Positions 1 through 10,295 of a stretch of DNA of 29,110 bases are shown in pieces. The DNA is from Chiloscyllium plagiosum (lineage: Eukaryota), in NCBI RefSeq assembly GCF_004010195.1, contig NC_057718.1, positions 28,173,780 through 28,202,889 of the forward strand. Reading direction: 5' to 3'. The notes beneath the pieces were generated by a model. It saw nothing but the letters and a program-made list of their open reading frames with translations. It had not been told where the DNA came from and ran no database searches. Every line of letters starts with the position of its first letter. Position 1 is the stretch's first letter. A program made the translations under genes and the position numbers.

Positions 1-529
1 GTTTTCTATGGAGCATGCTTCATGATATTGATGACTGCTGTCCAAGATGGAGATCCAGAGGAGCGAACAGTGAGGCTGGACTTACCAAGTATCTGCTCAG
101 ACATCCATGTCAGGAATTGTCACTGTCTGATTTCTCTGCATATAAATTAGGTGATATTACTTAATAATGAGATCTTTATGCATGCAAATTGGCCCCTTAT
201 TGCTCACTAGCAAGATTCACCTTTAAATGTTTGGATAGAAAATTAAACCTTTTTAAATCAATCTAATTAAGAATTACATTTTTCCATTCTTTCCATATTT
301 TGATTACTATACTTACCATTGCCCATTTTGTTCAGTGGCTGGCAAAAGTCCGTCCATGATTCAATGAATTTGAGGATCTGTGAGGCAGCTCTGGGTTATT
401 TTTACACAAGTCTGAGCCCAAAGCCAGGTGACCTGTTCATTTTTAAACTTATCACAGTAATATATTGATATATTGATAAAATGGTAGGCCATTTCTGAGG
501 TCAGTTTGGAAGCTGCTGTATTGAATCAT

Positions 530-1140
530 AGTCATTGAAAGGTTATAGTACAGAAATAGACCATTCAACCTGTGGTGTCTGTGATGTTCCACTTCAAGTG
601 CAATTCCATACACTATCTTTTTTCCATAGCCACTTACATTCTCACCTGTTGGAAAATGATTTAATTCCCTTTTGAAAGAACTGATTGAATCTGCCTCCAC
701 CACACTACCAGTCACTGCATTCCAGATTCCATCAGATCGCTGTGTAAATAAAATCACATGTCTGCATTGTTTCTTTTGCAAATTGCCATAAATCTGTGCT
801 TTCTGGTTCTTGATCCTTCCAACAATTAGAAAAGTCTCTCCTTATCTGCTTTGCCCCAGGCTCTAGTAATTTTGAACAAATCTCTTTTCATTGTTTTCAA
901 CTGCAAGTAGAACAGTCCCAGCTTTTCCAAGCTATCCACAGAACTGAATGCTCTCATCCTTGAAATCTTATAAAGCTGTATTGTATCCCCTCTAATGCCT
1001 TCACATCTTTCAGGACCCACAACTTGACAAAATAAACTGGAGAATTAACCTATATTTTATCCATATCTATCCTAACTGCCTTACTTTTATTGACTAGGTC
1101 AGAATTTATAAGCCCAAGATCAGGTATGCTTTATTATGGC
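530..1140 (-). mobile_element. Degenerate CR1 LINE, ORF2 3' part
   Basis: ORF fragments LEKLGLFYLQLKTMKRDLFKI and FTQRSDGIWNAVTGSVVEADSISSFKREL match the CR1 ORF2 C-terminus. Boundaries approximate. Confidence 0.8.
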
Positions 1141-1159
1141 CCAGTGATCATTAATTTTA

Positions 1160-1292
1160 TTGTGGGTCTGGATTCACAAGTAAATCAGATTAGGTTAGGA
1201 CAGCAAATTGTCTTCTTAAACGACATTAGTGAATTAGATAAGCCTTTTGTTTTCTGACCATTTGATAGTTTAAAGGCCATAATCACTGATGA
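1160..1292 (-). repeat. Old SINE-like repeat fragment, family uncertain
   Basis: gtgggtctggattcaca...gacattagtgaa resembles a common elasmobranch repeat (from recall); heavily decayed. Confidence 0.35.
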
Positions 1293-1319
1293 GAGGTTTT
1301 TTAAAAAATATTTAACTCC

Positions 1320-2184
1320 AGTGACGATGCAATGGCTTTAAGAAATGCATTTTGTCCTTTTTTTTGAAGAGAGGTGTTGAGACAGAACGGGTGTTGTATC
1401 TCTTCGATAAAGTATAGAGCTTGAGGGACTGAGTTTATTTTTAAAGTTGATACAATAGAAGCAGCATGAATGGGTGGAGTCAAGCTCCATCAGAACTTGG
1501 GTTTTAGTTTAGCTTTCATTTGTAAGGGTTTTGAAATTGGTTGTAGAAGCTGCTATACATCTCTTCTGGCCACAGCAAAAAGCTGGAATTCTCTCTTTTC
1601 AGCCATAATTCAGAAGTCACATGATACCAGGTTATAGTCTAACAGGTTTACTTGAAATCACAAGCTTTTGAAGTGCTGCTCCTTCATTGGGTACAGTGAG
1701 CTACGCTCCAAAGACTTGTGTGATTTCAAATAATCTGGACAATAATCTGGTGTTGTGTGACTTCTGACTTTGTCCATCCCAGTCCAACACCAGTATCTCC
1801 ACATTTCTGCCATAATTTATCTCTTGGTGTTCCTTTCTCATGGATTGGAGAAACACTGCATGTGAGACAATCTATTTTATTGAATTTGCCTTTGCCAAGA
1901 CTGCGTTTAAGGACTGTTACTATATGGAGCAGTTGCTCTGAGTGGTTAAGTAACCCATTATTCTGTTAAGTTTTCCAATAGAATTAAAGTTATACCAATT
2001 TTTCTTTTCTTTTGTTTGTATTTTAACTGGGTGTAAAAATAAAGTGTGCGTTGCATAAAACTGAGTAACCAGTCAAATTATATCAGGAAGGCAGCACCTT
2101 ACACTTGCCTTCAAATCAGATAAATATTAGGGTCGAGGCAATCTCCTTGATATATTTGAAGAGGGTTCAGTCTGGTCCATAACA
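1320..2184 (+). mobile_element. Probable solo LTR (Gypsy/Gmr1-like), interrupted by a PLE fold-back
   Basis: Ends tctggtccataaCA with AATAAA near 2038. Shares the terminal tctggtccataa and the internal ttgcct...ggactgtt motifs with the LTR at 21619-22122. 5' end degenerate; no clear TSD. Confidence 0.6.
1611..1804 (+). mobile_element. Short fold-back insertion derived from a PLE terminal repeat
   Basis: Inverted arms (cagaagtcac.../...gtgacttctg) plus a 3' tail, homologous to the ends of the PLE at 22445-24969. TSD ttc(a/t)gccataatt at 1598-1610 and 1805-1817. Confidence 0.85.
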
Positions 2185-2536
2185 TTCTCAAATGCCTCCA
2201 AATCATTTGCCTAGATTAGAATACAAACCTAATTGTTACGATAAAGTATTGTGCTAGTGTTCAGACTTTATTTGACTCTTCGTCATTTGAAGAGGAGGAG
2301 CTGGAAAAATGAAATTTGTTTCATCTGTAAATCTACCTTTATATTGTAATGTGAATTATCACAAAGCCATATTTTCTGTAAACCATGAATAAAATTTTGG
2401 TCAATAATTTTGGCTCATACAAAATAATTCAGTGTTTTCAACTAGCTATATTGACAAATACAGTAAAGACTTTCACATGCAATTTATAGGAACTGGTTGA
2501 ACTGTCAGGCCCAGGGTGAAATCAGATTTTATCAGA

Positions 2537-3377
2537 AATAAAATCAGAAATTGCTGGACAAACTCAGTAGGTCTCTGTGGAAGCTCTGGGCAGACCACAT
2601 TTACAGTATGGCAGTGAGCAATTTTGGGCCCCTTACCTCAGGAAAGATTGGCCCTGGAGCAGGTCTAGCAGGTCATGAGAATAATTCCTGGAATGAAAGG
2701 CTTAACAAATGAGGAATGTTTGAGGGCTCTGGGACTAAACTTGATGGAGCATAGAAGAATGAGGGAGATCTGATTGAAACTTACAGAGTACTGATTGGCC
2801 TGAACAGAGTGGGCGTTGGGAGGATGTTTCCGTTGGTAGAAGAGGCGAGGACCCGAGGGCACAGCTTTCAAGTAAATGGAAGACATTTTAAAATAGAGAT
2901 CAGGAGAAGCATCTTTAGCCCGAGAGTGGTGAGTCTATAGAATTCATTGCCACAGAAGGCTGTGGAGGCCAGGACATCGAGTATATTAAAACAGAGACAG
3001 ATAAGTTCTCGATTGCCAAGGGGTTCAAAGGTTATGGGGAGAAAGCGGAAAAATGGGGTCGAGAAATCTATCAGCCATAATTGAATGGCAAAGCAATTTC
3101 TATGGGCTAATTTCTGCTCCTATGTCTTAAGGTCTTATGGTCCTAAATCAGGATTAACGTTTCAGAACTGTTCTGAGGAAGGGTCACGAGACCCAAAACA
3201 TTAACTCTGCTTTCTCTCCTCACTCTGCTGCCCCACTAGTTATCTGACAAAGGAGCAGCACTCCGAAAACCTGTACTTCCAAATAAACCTGTTGGACTAT
3301 TACCTGATGTTGTGTGATTTTTGATTTTGTTCTTAGATGCTGCTAGACCTGCTAAGTTTGTCCAACAATTTCTGATT
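2537..3377. mobile_element. Fold-back element (PLE-terminus type) containing a nested CR1 and a nested PLE-end fragment
   Basis: Inverted arms aatcagaaattgctggacaaactcagtaggtct and agacctgctaagtttgtccaacaatttctgatt; decayed hammerhead-like motifs at 3173-3202 and 3244-3268. Confidence 0.7.
2586..3144 (+). mobile_element. CR1 LINE 3' fragment
   Basis: Broken ORF2 C-terminus (QFWAPYLRKD, MRGDLIETYR) followed by a 3' UTR and a (tcttatgg)-like microsatellite tail. Confidence 0.9.
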
Positions 3378-3937
3378 AAGTTCCAGGGTAAAAATTATTC
3401 AACACAACAGTGAGTAATACACGTAGGTTTTAATTTGTCAAGCTCAGACTGTTTGCAAAAATCATTTTAAAAGCTGCACAAGAAACATGACCTGGATAAA
3501 ATCTCAAAGGCAATACATAACTAAACATTAATATTTTATGTACCTCACTGAATCTCTCTGCAGACTTTTCTCATTTTTGCACATAATTTCTTTCTTTTAA
3601 CACTTGAGGTAATTTTCATTGATTTCATATGCATCCTTTTAATAAACAATTGACCAGAATTAAACGCAATGATTTTTGTGCGGTGATCTGTCCATGTTTT
3701 ACCCACCATGCAATGATTTTGTAAATTCATTTTGCATTGCTCTGGACATACATGTCAATATTTTCTTAGCCTTTTAAACTGAGAATGATGGACTTGGAGA
3801 AGCACAAATTCCTGTTCTAAATCTGCTTGCCCTGATTCTATCCCATTTATACTTATATAAAATATTGTCTGTCTAACATGCAAGAAAGTGGTTGTTGGAT
3901 GTTTGCGTTGAGACCCATAGTTGCCACAATCCCTCCG

Positions 3938-4270
3938 GGTGGCATGGTGGCACAGTGGTTAGCATTGCTGCCTCACAGCATCAGGGACACAGGTTCGATT
4001 CTGCCTCGGGCGACTGTCTGTGTGGAGTTTGCACATTCTCCCTGAGTCTGCGTGGGTTTCCTCCAGGTGCTCTGGTTTCCGCCAGAGATGTGCAGGTGAG
4101 GTGAATTGGCCATGCAAAATTGCCCGTATATTTAGGTGTATTAGTCAGGGGTAGATATAAGGTAGGGTAGGGGAATGGGTCTGGGTGGGTTACTCTTCGG
4201 AGGGTCAGTGTGGACTTGTTGGGCCAAAAGGCCTGTTTCCATACCGTAGGGAGCCAAATCTAATTCAATT
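3938..4270 (+). mobile_element. tRNA-derived V-SINE (HE1-like)
   Basis: A box tggcacagtgg, B box ggttcgattc, V-domain ctgtgtggagtttgcacattctccc...gcgtgggtttcctcc, CR1-like 3' tail. Confidence 0.9.
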
Positions 4271-4342
4271 CTTGGGGTTTCTTTGTACACCCTTTCCTAT
4301 GAGTATGCCTCATGCTCCATGATACAAAAGGTGTAGGCTAAA

Positions 4343-4668
4343 TAGAGTCATAGAGACTTACAGCATGGAAACAGACCCTTCGGCCCAACTCATCCATGTC
4401 GACCAGATATCCCAACCTAATCTAGTCCCACTTGCCAGCACCCCATCCATATCCCTCCAAACCCTTCCTGTTCATATACCCATCCAGATGCCTTTCCTAT
4501 TTTGCAAAATTATGCTAGGCTCCTCCACTTCCTCATTCCATACATGCACCACCCTCTGTATGAAGAAGTTACCCCTTAGGTCTCTTTTATATCTTTCCCT
4601 CTCACCCTAAACCTATGTCCTCTAGTTCTGGACTCCCCCACCCCAGGGAAAAGACTTTGTCTGTTTAA
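4343..4668 (-). mobile_element. CR1 LINE 3' end
   Basis: (ctctatga)n tail and 3' UTR homologous to 14909-15112 and 5172-5392. Confidence 0.88.
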
Positions 4669-5171
4669 CGTAGCCTTACACACGATGTGCAATTGCGATT
4701 ACCACAATCTGTGCACTGCATGTTGTATAAATTCTTGCTATGTTTTTATCAACTTGGTACAGTGGAATACCAAAAAGAAATTAAAATCTTCACAGATTTA
4801 ATAAATTGACTTTTTTTCTTACAGTTTATGTAACACAAAGACACATTATAAATAAAAGTGATTGTAATAGTGCAGCTAAATCTTCAGGCAATACACTGGC
4901 ACCACGTTGTATAAGCTAGGTGGAATCCATACGGCAGATTTGCTGTCACCATCCACTTTCTAGGTGGGATCTACTTTCTAGTGCAGTTAAGGTTATTTAA
5001 AGAGAAGAGGCTATTTTAATAAACAAAATGTAAATTATTATGTGATAACAATCAAGTACAAATTAGTTTGGTATAATAGGCATTGTTACAAAAACGATGA
5101 GGTGACTTCGAATGGTATACGTGTCACAATCCTGGTCGGGAGCTTTTCTGTCTTTCCCTGCACCCAAGTCT

Positions 5172-5392
5172 TAGAGTCATAGAGATGTACACACGGAAGC
5201 AGACTGTTCAGGCCAACTTATCCATGCCTACCAGATATCCTAAATTAATGTAGTCCTGTTTGCCAGCTTTTGGCCTACATCCCTCTAAACCCTTCCTATT
5301 CATATACCCAACCAGATGCCTTTTAAATGATGTAATTGTACCAGCCTCCATCATTTCCTCTGGCAGCTCATTCCATACACACACTACCCACT
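5172..5392 (-). mobile_element. CR1 LINE 3' end
   Basis: WNELPEEMMEAGTITSFKRHLVGYMNRKGLEG followed by a (ctctatga) tail. Confidence 0.9.
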
Positions 5393-5601
5393 GCATCTTT
5401 ATGACATTATTGGGTTGGGTAGATTTTAATCCTGCCATTAGTATTAACCCTTTCAGAACCATTACCTTATACAACAAAATTAAAAATATGAGAACAGCAT
5501 TATTTCTATGTTTATTTTGTAACAACCATGATAGATCAGTTATTTCTTTCAGTCTGATTAATAAATAAAAGTTAAATAATAAGAGAAAAATATGATCTAT
5601 T

Positions 5602-5750
5602 AACAGAAAATGCTGGAAATACTCAACTCGGGGAGCATTTGCAAAGACAGAAACTGAACTAATGTTTCAGGTTGACAATCTATCATCTGATGAAGTTAAA
5701 ACCTTAGCTCTCCAGGATACTGCATGACTTACTGAGTATTTTCAGCATTT
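5602..5750. mobile_element. Old fold-back element (PLE-terminus type)
   Basis: 18-bp inverted arms at 5608-5625 and 5733-5750 with 1 mismatch; a central ctgatga remnant. Confidence 0.6.
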
Positions 5751-6055
5751 GATGGTCATAAGATTAGCAATCAGATGTGCTGTGTGAAGTTCCTGTTGAA
5801 CTGCTGTGGCCATCAACTTCTTTTCTCTCTTAGAACTCGGTGATATATTGTTGATAACCATCTCCATCTCATAATAAAGGGTAACTGGCTCTGATATTTA
5901 TAATTGTCCTGGTGCGGCCTCAATTAGACAATGAGTTCCATTGAAGTCAGTAGGGATAAAAATAGGTAGAGACGTAAAACAAGTTGCTATCGCCTGCTTT
6001 AGCTTATCGCACAAAGTCATGCTGTCTACCAGCGTGTCCCATGTGTTCCATTATT

Positions 6056-6790
6056 GACTTCCTTCAGAGTTTCTCCTACGAACGCCTCCTTTAATTTCAT
6101 CTTAACTTCCCTTGGCAGCTTCGGGTGAGGAAGGAGGTTCTGGGGGGGCTACTGCAGTGTTAAATGTGGTGGGGATCTGGCTATTTCTCAAGGCTGTGTA
6201 AGCGGCAGCTGAAGATGAGGTGGGTCCAGGTCTCAGATTCCAATGGCCAGGGTTTCCCTTGAGGCTTCTGCATTGTCTTCGCGCCTGCGTGGCAGGTCCG
6301 CTCCAGCCTGGGTTTCCTTTAGACGGCTTTGGCAGCTGTTGTTGTGGTCGGTTGGTCTACGTCTCCTTGAGGCAGCTTCAGTCAGTCTGTGACTCCTTGC
6401 AACGTTTTCTTCGGCATCGTGATGGGTCCAGCCTGGGGGGGTTGGGGATCGGGTCCTCAAGTCCACAGCTATAAAATGGACTAAATGGACTTTGTCTTAT
6501 ATTCTTTTTAAATTTCTTTTCTTTTCCTTTATTATATTATTATGGAAGGGCTGTTATTCTGAATTGTTTATCTCATTATTTTTCTAATTTATAACTATGA
6601 TTTTGTACTTCCGAAGGTCCATAAAGCTGGACTTTTATTTCTTAATTTTCTCGTTGTTTTCCTAAGAATTTGTACTCAAGCATCTGTACCTTTGTACCTA
6701 AGGTGGCACCATAATTGGCAACTTATAAACTCTTCACTGTGCCCATGTGTGAGTACATATGACAATAAAGTTAAATCTAGTTCTAATCCT
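6056..6790 (+). mobile_element. Non-coding retroposon-like element with GC-rich body, T-rich spacer and Rex1/Babar-like tail
   Basis: The tail ttcactgt...atgacaataaag..aaatc is shared with 12338-12408; no credible ORF. 5' boundary approximate. Confidence 0.55.
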
Positions 6791-6794
6791 CAGT

Positions 6795-6874
6795 CATATT
6801 GTACGAAACTTCACATGTGCCCATATTGTACGAAACTTCACATGTGCCCATATTGTACGAAACTTCACATGTCC
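6795..6874. repeat. 27-bp tandem repeat, about 3 copies
   Basis: catattgtacgaaacttcacatgtgcc starts at 6795, 6822 and 6849; the copies are identical except at the end of the third. Confidence 0.97.
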
Positions 6875-6923
6875 TATTCAGCTGATACTTCTTCGAAAAT
6901 AGGTGAGGCATCCATTTGTGCCA

Positions 6924-7087
6924 GGAAAATCAGCGTTTTGGGCAGGAGCCCTTCATCAGGAATGAGGGCTCCTACCCGAAGCGTCGATTTTCCTGCTCCT
7001 CGGATGCTGTCTGACCTGCTGTGCTTTTCCAGCACTACACTAACCTTGACTCTAATCTCCAGCATCTGCAGTCCTCATTTTCACCAA
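6924..7087 (+). mobile_element. 164-bp PLE-terminus insertion with a short inverted head
   Basis: Perfect 14-bp TSD atccatttgtgcca at 6910-6923 and 7088-7101; homologous to 17281-17408 and to the 3' end of the PLE at 26390. Confidence 0.9.
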
Positions 7088-7410
7088 ATCCATTTGTGCC
7101 AACTGATTGTTCTCTATTACAGGCTTATTCAGAACACCGATGACTACAGAGGCCAAACTTCTCTCATGACATAAGGAGAGAGAAGGCGGCCTAAATAAAA
7201 GTCCCAAATTATTGTCTTTGCCCTGTTGCTGTATTTTATTTGATATATATTTAATGAAGGGTCAATTTTTTTTCTGCAACAGGCTGAAAATATCATGACA
7301 TTTCCCAGCATAATTCTGTCACTGCTTCTTCCCACACAGTAGTGTTGACAAAGAAGAGATTTCTGTTATTCGGGGTCCAGAGGAACAGCTTGATGTGAAT
7401 AATTTCTCGG

Positions 7411-7549
7411 TTTTGTTCTTTTTGTGTTTTATATCAGGTGGCAAAACAGCGTGTAGCCAAAAACAGACCTTTCAAGCCTCAGTTATAGGGAATGAAACAT
7501 TGCTTTAAAAATGTCATGTATTTTGAGTTACCTAACTCTGAAAAATAAA
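7411..7549 (+). other. Candidate 3' splice site and short terminal exon (VAKQRVAKNRPFKPQL*)
   Basis: Long pyrimidine tract plus CAG ending at 7437, stop at 7486-7488, AATAAA near 7544, in non-repeat DNA. Protein not recognised. Confidence 0.25.
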
Positions 7550-8355
7550 CACAGCTCCATATGTTTAATGGGTGTGCAATCTGGCATGCTCTATTTGAGC
7601 ATAAGCCTCACATTGAATATGTCCCTCATGTTGACAGCTTACTGGATTTTACACTTCTCTTTAAGTTGATGAGGACAGAATGGAAACTGGTGGTTTGGTT
7701 CACTCCTGCTCCCACTGCTTCACAATGTCCTGTAAAGTGTGCATGGTCAACTTGCGTCTGTCCAGCAGAAAGGCAGCTAATTAACAAAGAAAGCTGCCTG
7801 CTGACCACCAATGTGTAGTCTAGGGCTCTGAAAGAGTTAATTCTGAGGAATGCCATAAGGACCACCCACTGTAATGATGTCATAGTGGGTGACATACAGT
7901 ATGATGTCATACTGACTTGTGGGCGAAACAGTTAGGATCTTGAAACAATGAGACCAAAGGCCCAGGTCGTCCTCCCAATCTCTCTAATGATGATTATCCT
8001 ATCAGTGTACTCTTTAAATTAACAGCTAACATATGAAACACTACGGGCTGATTTTCAATTTTAAGTTCAAGTGTTTTGTTGATTCCTGGTGCCTGGTCCA
8101 CCATGGCATGGATTGACCTTTCTCATGTAACCTTCAATTCCTCATCTGACTAAGAGTGCTACCAGGCTCTCAGGTACATTTCTGATGGAATCACATGTAG
8201 GAGAAGTGGGTGTATTTGGATCTGCAGGCATTCACTCTCTCTTACACATGCACACGCACACCCACCCTAGATTTAATGCCCCACTACACACTACACCACA
8301 TACAGCAGGTCAGGAACTGGCTCTCAGTCTGTAGCGCTTGGCTGTTATTGAGGAC

Positions 8356-8898
8356 ATGGTCAAGAGGAAAGGAAAACTCACTTCTCACTTCACAGACAGG
8401 GACTTGGAAGACTTAGTGCACAGGGGAATGGCAATGCTTGTTACTGTAGACCACCACAAAAGACCATGCAAACAGTCAGCCAGCCTGGAGCCAAACTGCA
8501 GCCCAGATCAGTGCTGTGTCCTGGGAGAGGTGAGATGGCCAGTAGTGCAGCAAAAAGGTTAGTAGCCCTTTATGCTCAGCAGAAGTAATCCACCATCTTC
8601 TCCCTGCTACCTCACACCACTTGCTCTAACTCTGTCTTTGTACATGCCTCTTACCAACATCACTCACTACAACTCTCACTATTGTGTGCGTTATGTCAAC
8701 CCAATTGTTCTTATCACTTTCTCCTCCTAAAATATTAATCTTTTCCACCCTTTCCCTGTAAGTGAGTGCACTTTGCACTCACTTACAGGGAAAATTTCAC
8801 CAACTCTCCTGATCCTGCATCATCACTAGCTGCTCTTTCATTCACTTCCATTGTATTCACTTCCTCCCGTTGTCTCATTAGGGGAAAAAATGGCCCAC
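8356..8898 (+). pseudogene. Decayed Myb/SANT-like (NAIF1/MSANTD-type) DNA-binding gene, probably Harbinger transposon ORF1
   Basis: MVKRKGKLTSHFTDRDLEDLV, then after a frameshift AWSQTAAQISAVSWER*DGQ*CSKKVSSPLCSAE; GT at 8585, pyrimidine-rich putative intron, AG at 8880-8881, then EKMAH. Confidence 0.65.
8751..8793. repeat. Perfect 20-bp inverted repeat with a 3-nt loop
   Basis: tttccctgtaagtgagtgca-ctt-tgcactcacttacagggaaa. Confidence 0.98.
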
Positions 8899-9127
8899 CT
8901 TCCCCCCTCTCCGACTGATATCTCCACAGCATCTTGACTGACTGACTGTAATCCTTGAACTTGTAAGTGTCATATAGGACTGATTGTTAGAAGGACACAG
9001 ATCCCTGGAAATGAGAAAAAACCCGGTGCCTGACTGACCATGACCAACACTCTGGAATAGGATCAGTTCCTTGACTGACTGTGGCTGTAACCTCTGACTT
9101 GACATAGGCTCCCCTTTAAACTGTTAA

Positions 9128-9343
9128 TAAGATCATATGACCGTAATAAATGGGAACAGAAGTAGGCCATTTGGCCTCTTGAGCCTGCTCTGCCATTCAA
9201 TAGGATCATGGCGGATCCAAAATTCCTCACATCCACTCTCCTGCATTTTCCTGGTAACCTTTAATTCCTTGACTGATCAAGAATCTGTCTATCTCAGCCT
9301 TAAATGTACAGCAGGACTCTGCACCCACAACTCTCTGTTGACA
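9128..9343 (-). mobile_element. CR1 LINE 3' end
   Basis: Reverse complement of the same 3' region seen at 10148-10295. Confidence 0.8.
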
Positions 9344-9344
9344 A

Positions 9345-10295
9345 GCTGTAACAACAGGGAGCAGTGCTGGAACCACAACTGTTTACCATATACATTAGTG
9401 ATCTAGAGGAAAGAAGTGAACACACTGTAGCCAAATTTTGCATATGACTCAAAAATAGATGGAAAAGCAAGTTCTGAGAAAGAAATAGACAGTTTACGGA
9501 GTTATATTCATAGATTAAGTAAGTGGGCAAAAGTTGGCAAGACGAGTGTAATGTGGGAAATGTGAAGTTGCTCAATTTGGAAGGGAGAGCAAAAGAACAG
9601 TATTATTTAAAGAAAGAAAAACTGCAGAAAGCTGCAACGCAAAGGGACATAGGAGATTGTGCATGAAACATGGCAAGCTAGTGCACGTGCAGCATCTCAT
9701 TAAGAAGTCTAATGGACCTTATTTCAGGGGGGGGGGTTGGAACATAAGAGTATGGAAGTCTTACTGCAGCTGAGCAAGGTGTTGGTGAGACCACATCCGG
9801 AGTAGTGACAGCAGTTTTGGTTCCCTTATTTAAGGAAAGTTATCATTTCATTGCACACAGTTCAGAAAAAGTTCACTGGATAATTTCAGGTACGGAGGGA
9901 TTATCTTATGAGTAAAGGCTAAATAGGTTGGGACTCTACTGTCTGTAATTTAGAAGATTGAGAGGTGAGCTCATTGAAACGTACAGGACTCTTAAAGAGC
10001 TTGACTGGGTAAATGCTGAGAGGATGTTTCCCTTCCTCAGAATGTCTAGGTCCAGAGGGCGTCGTTTCAGAATTAAGGGGTGTCAATTTAAGACTGAGTT
10101 GAGAAGGAATTTCTTCCCTTGGAGGATTGTGAGTCTTTGGAACTCCTTGTCACAGAGATCTGTGGGGACAGAGTTCTTGTAGATATTTAAGGCTGAGATA
10201 GGTTCTCGATCAGTCAGGGAATCAAGGGTTATGGGGAAAGGGCAGGAAAGTGGACATGAGGAATGCCAGATCCTGTTCCTATTTGTTATGGTTAC
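9345..10295 (+). mobile_element. CR1 LINE fragment, RT to 3' end
   Basis: QGAVLEPQLFTIYISDL, VAKFAYD (decayed FADD), RGELIETYR...RRNFFPWRIVSLWNSL. Confidence 0.9.

Noticed and set aside
317..432. Minus-strand exon ending at a GTAAGT donor
   Set aside because: Acceptors are weak, all frames from the upstream AG contain stops, and the peptide is unrecognised.
3545..3730. 61-aa ORF or exon with a donor-like end
   Set aside because: No recognisable motif and no good acceptor.
3938..4010. tRNA gene
   Set aside because: It is the head of a SINE and continues into the V-domain.
6795..6874. CRISPR-like array or Cys/His repeat protein (YCTKLHMCP x3 in ORF 6692-7174)
   Set aside because: No spacers, eukaryotic context, and the ORF runs across unrelated repeats.
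7986..8051. Box C/D snoRNA (ATGATGA...CTGA)
   Set aside because: No terminal stem and no recognisable guide sequence.
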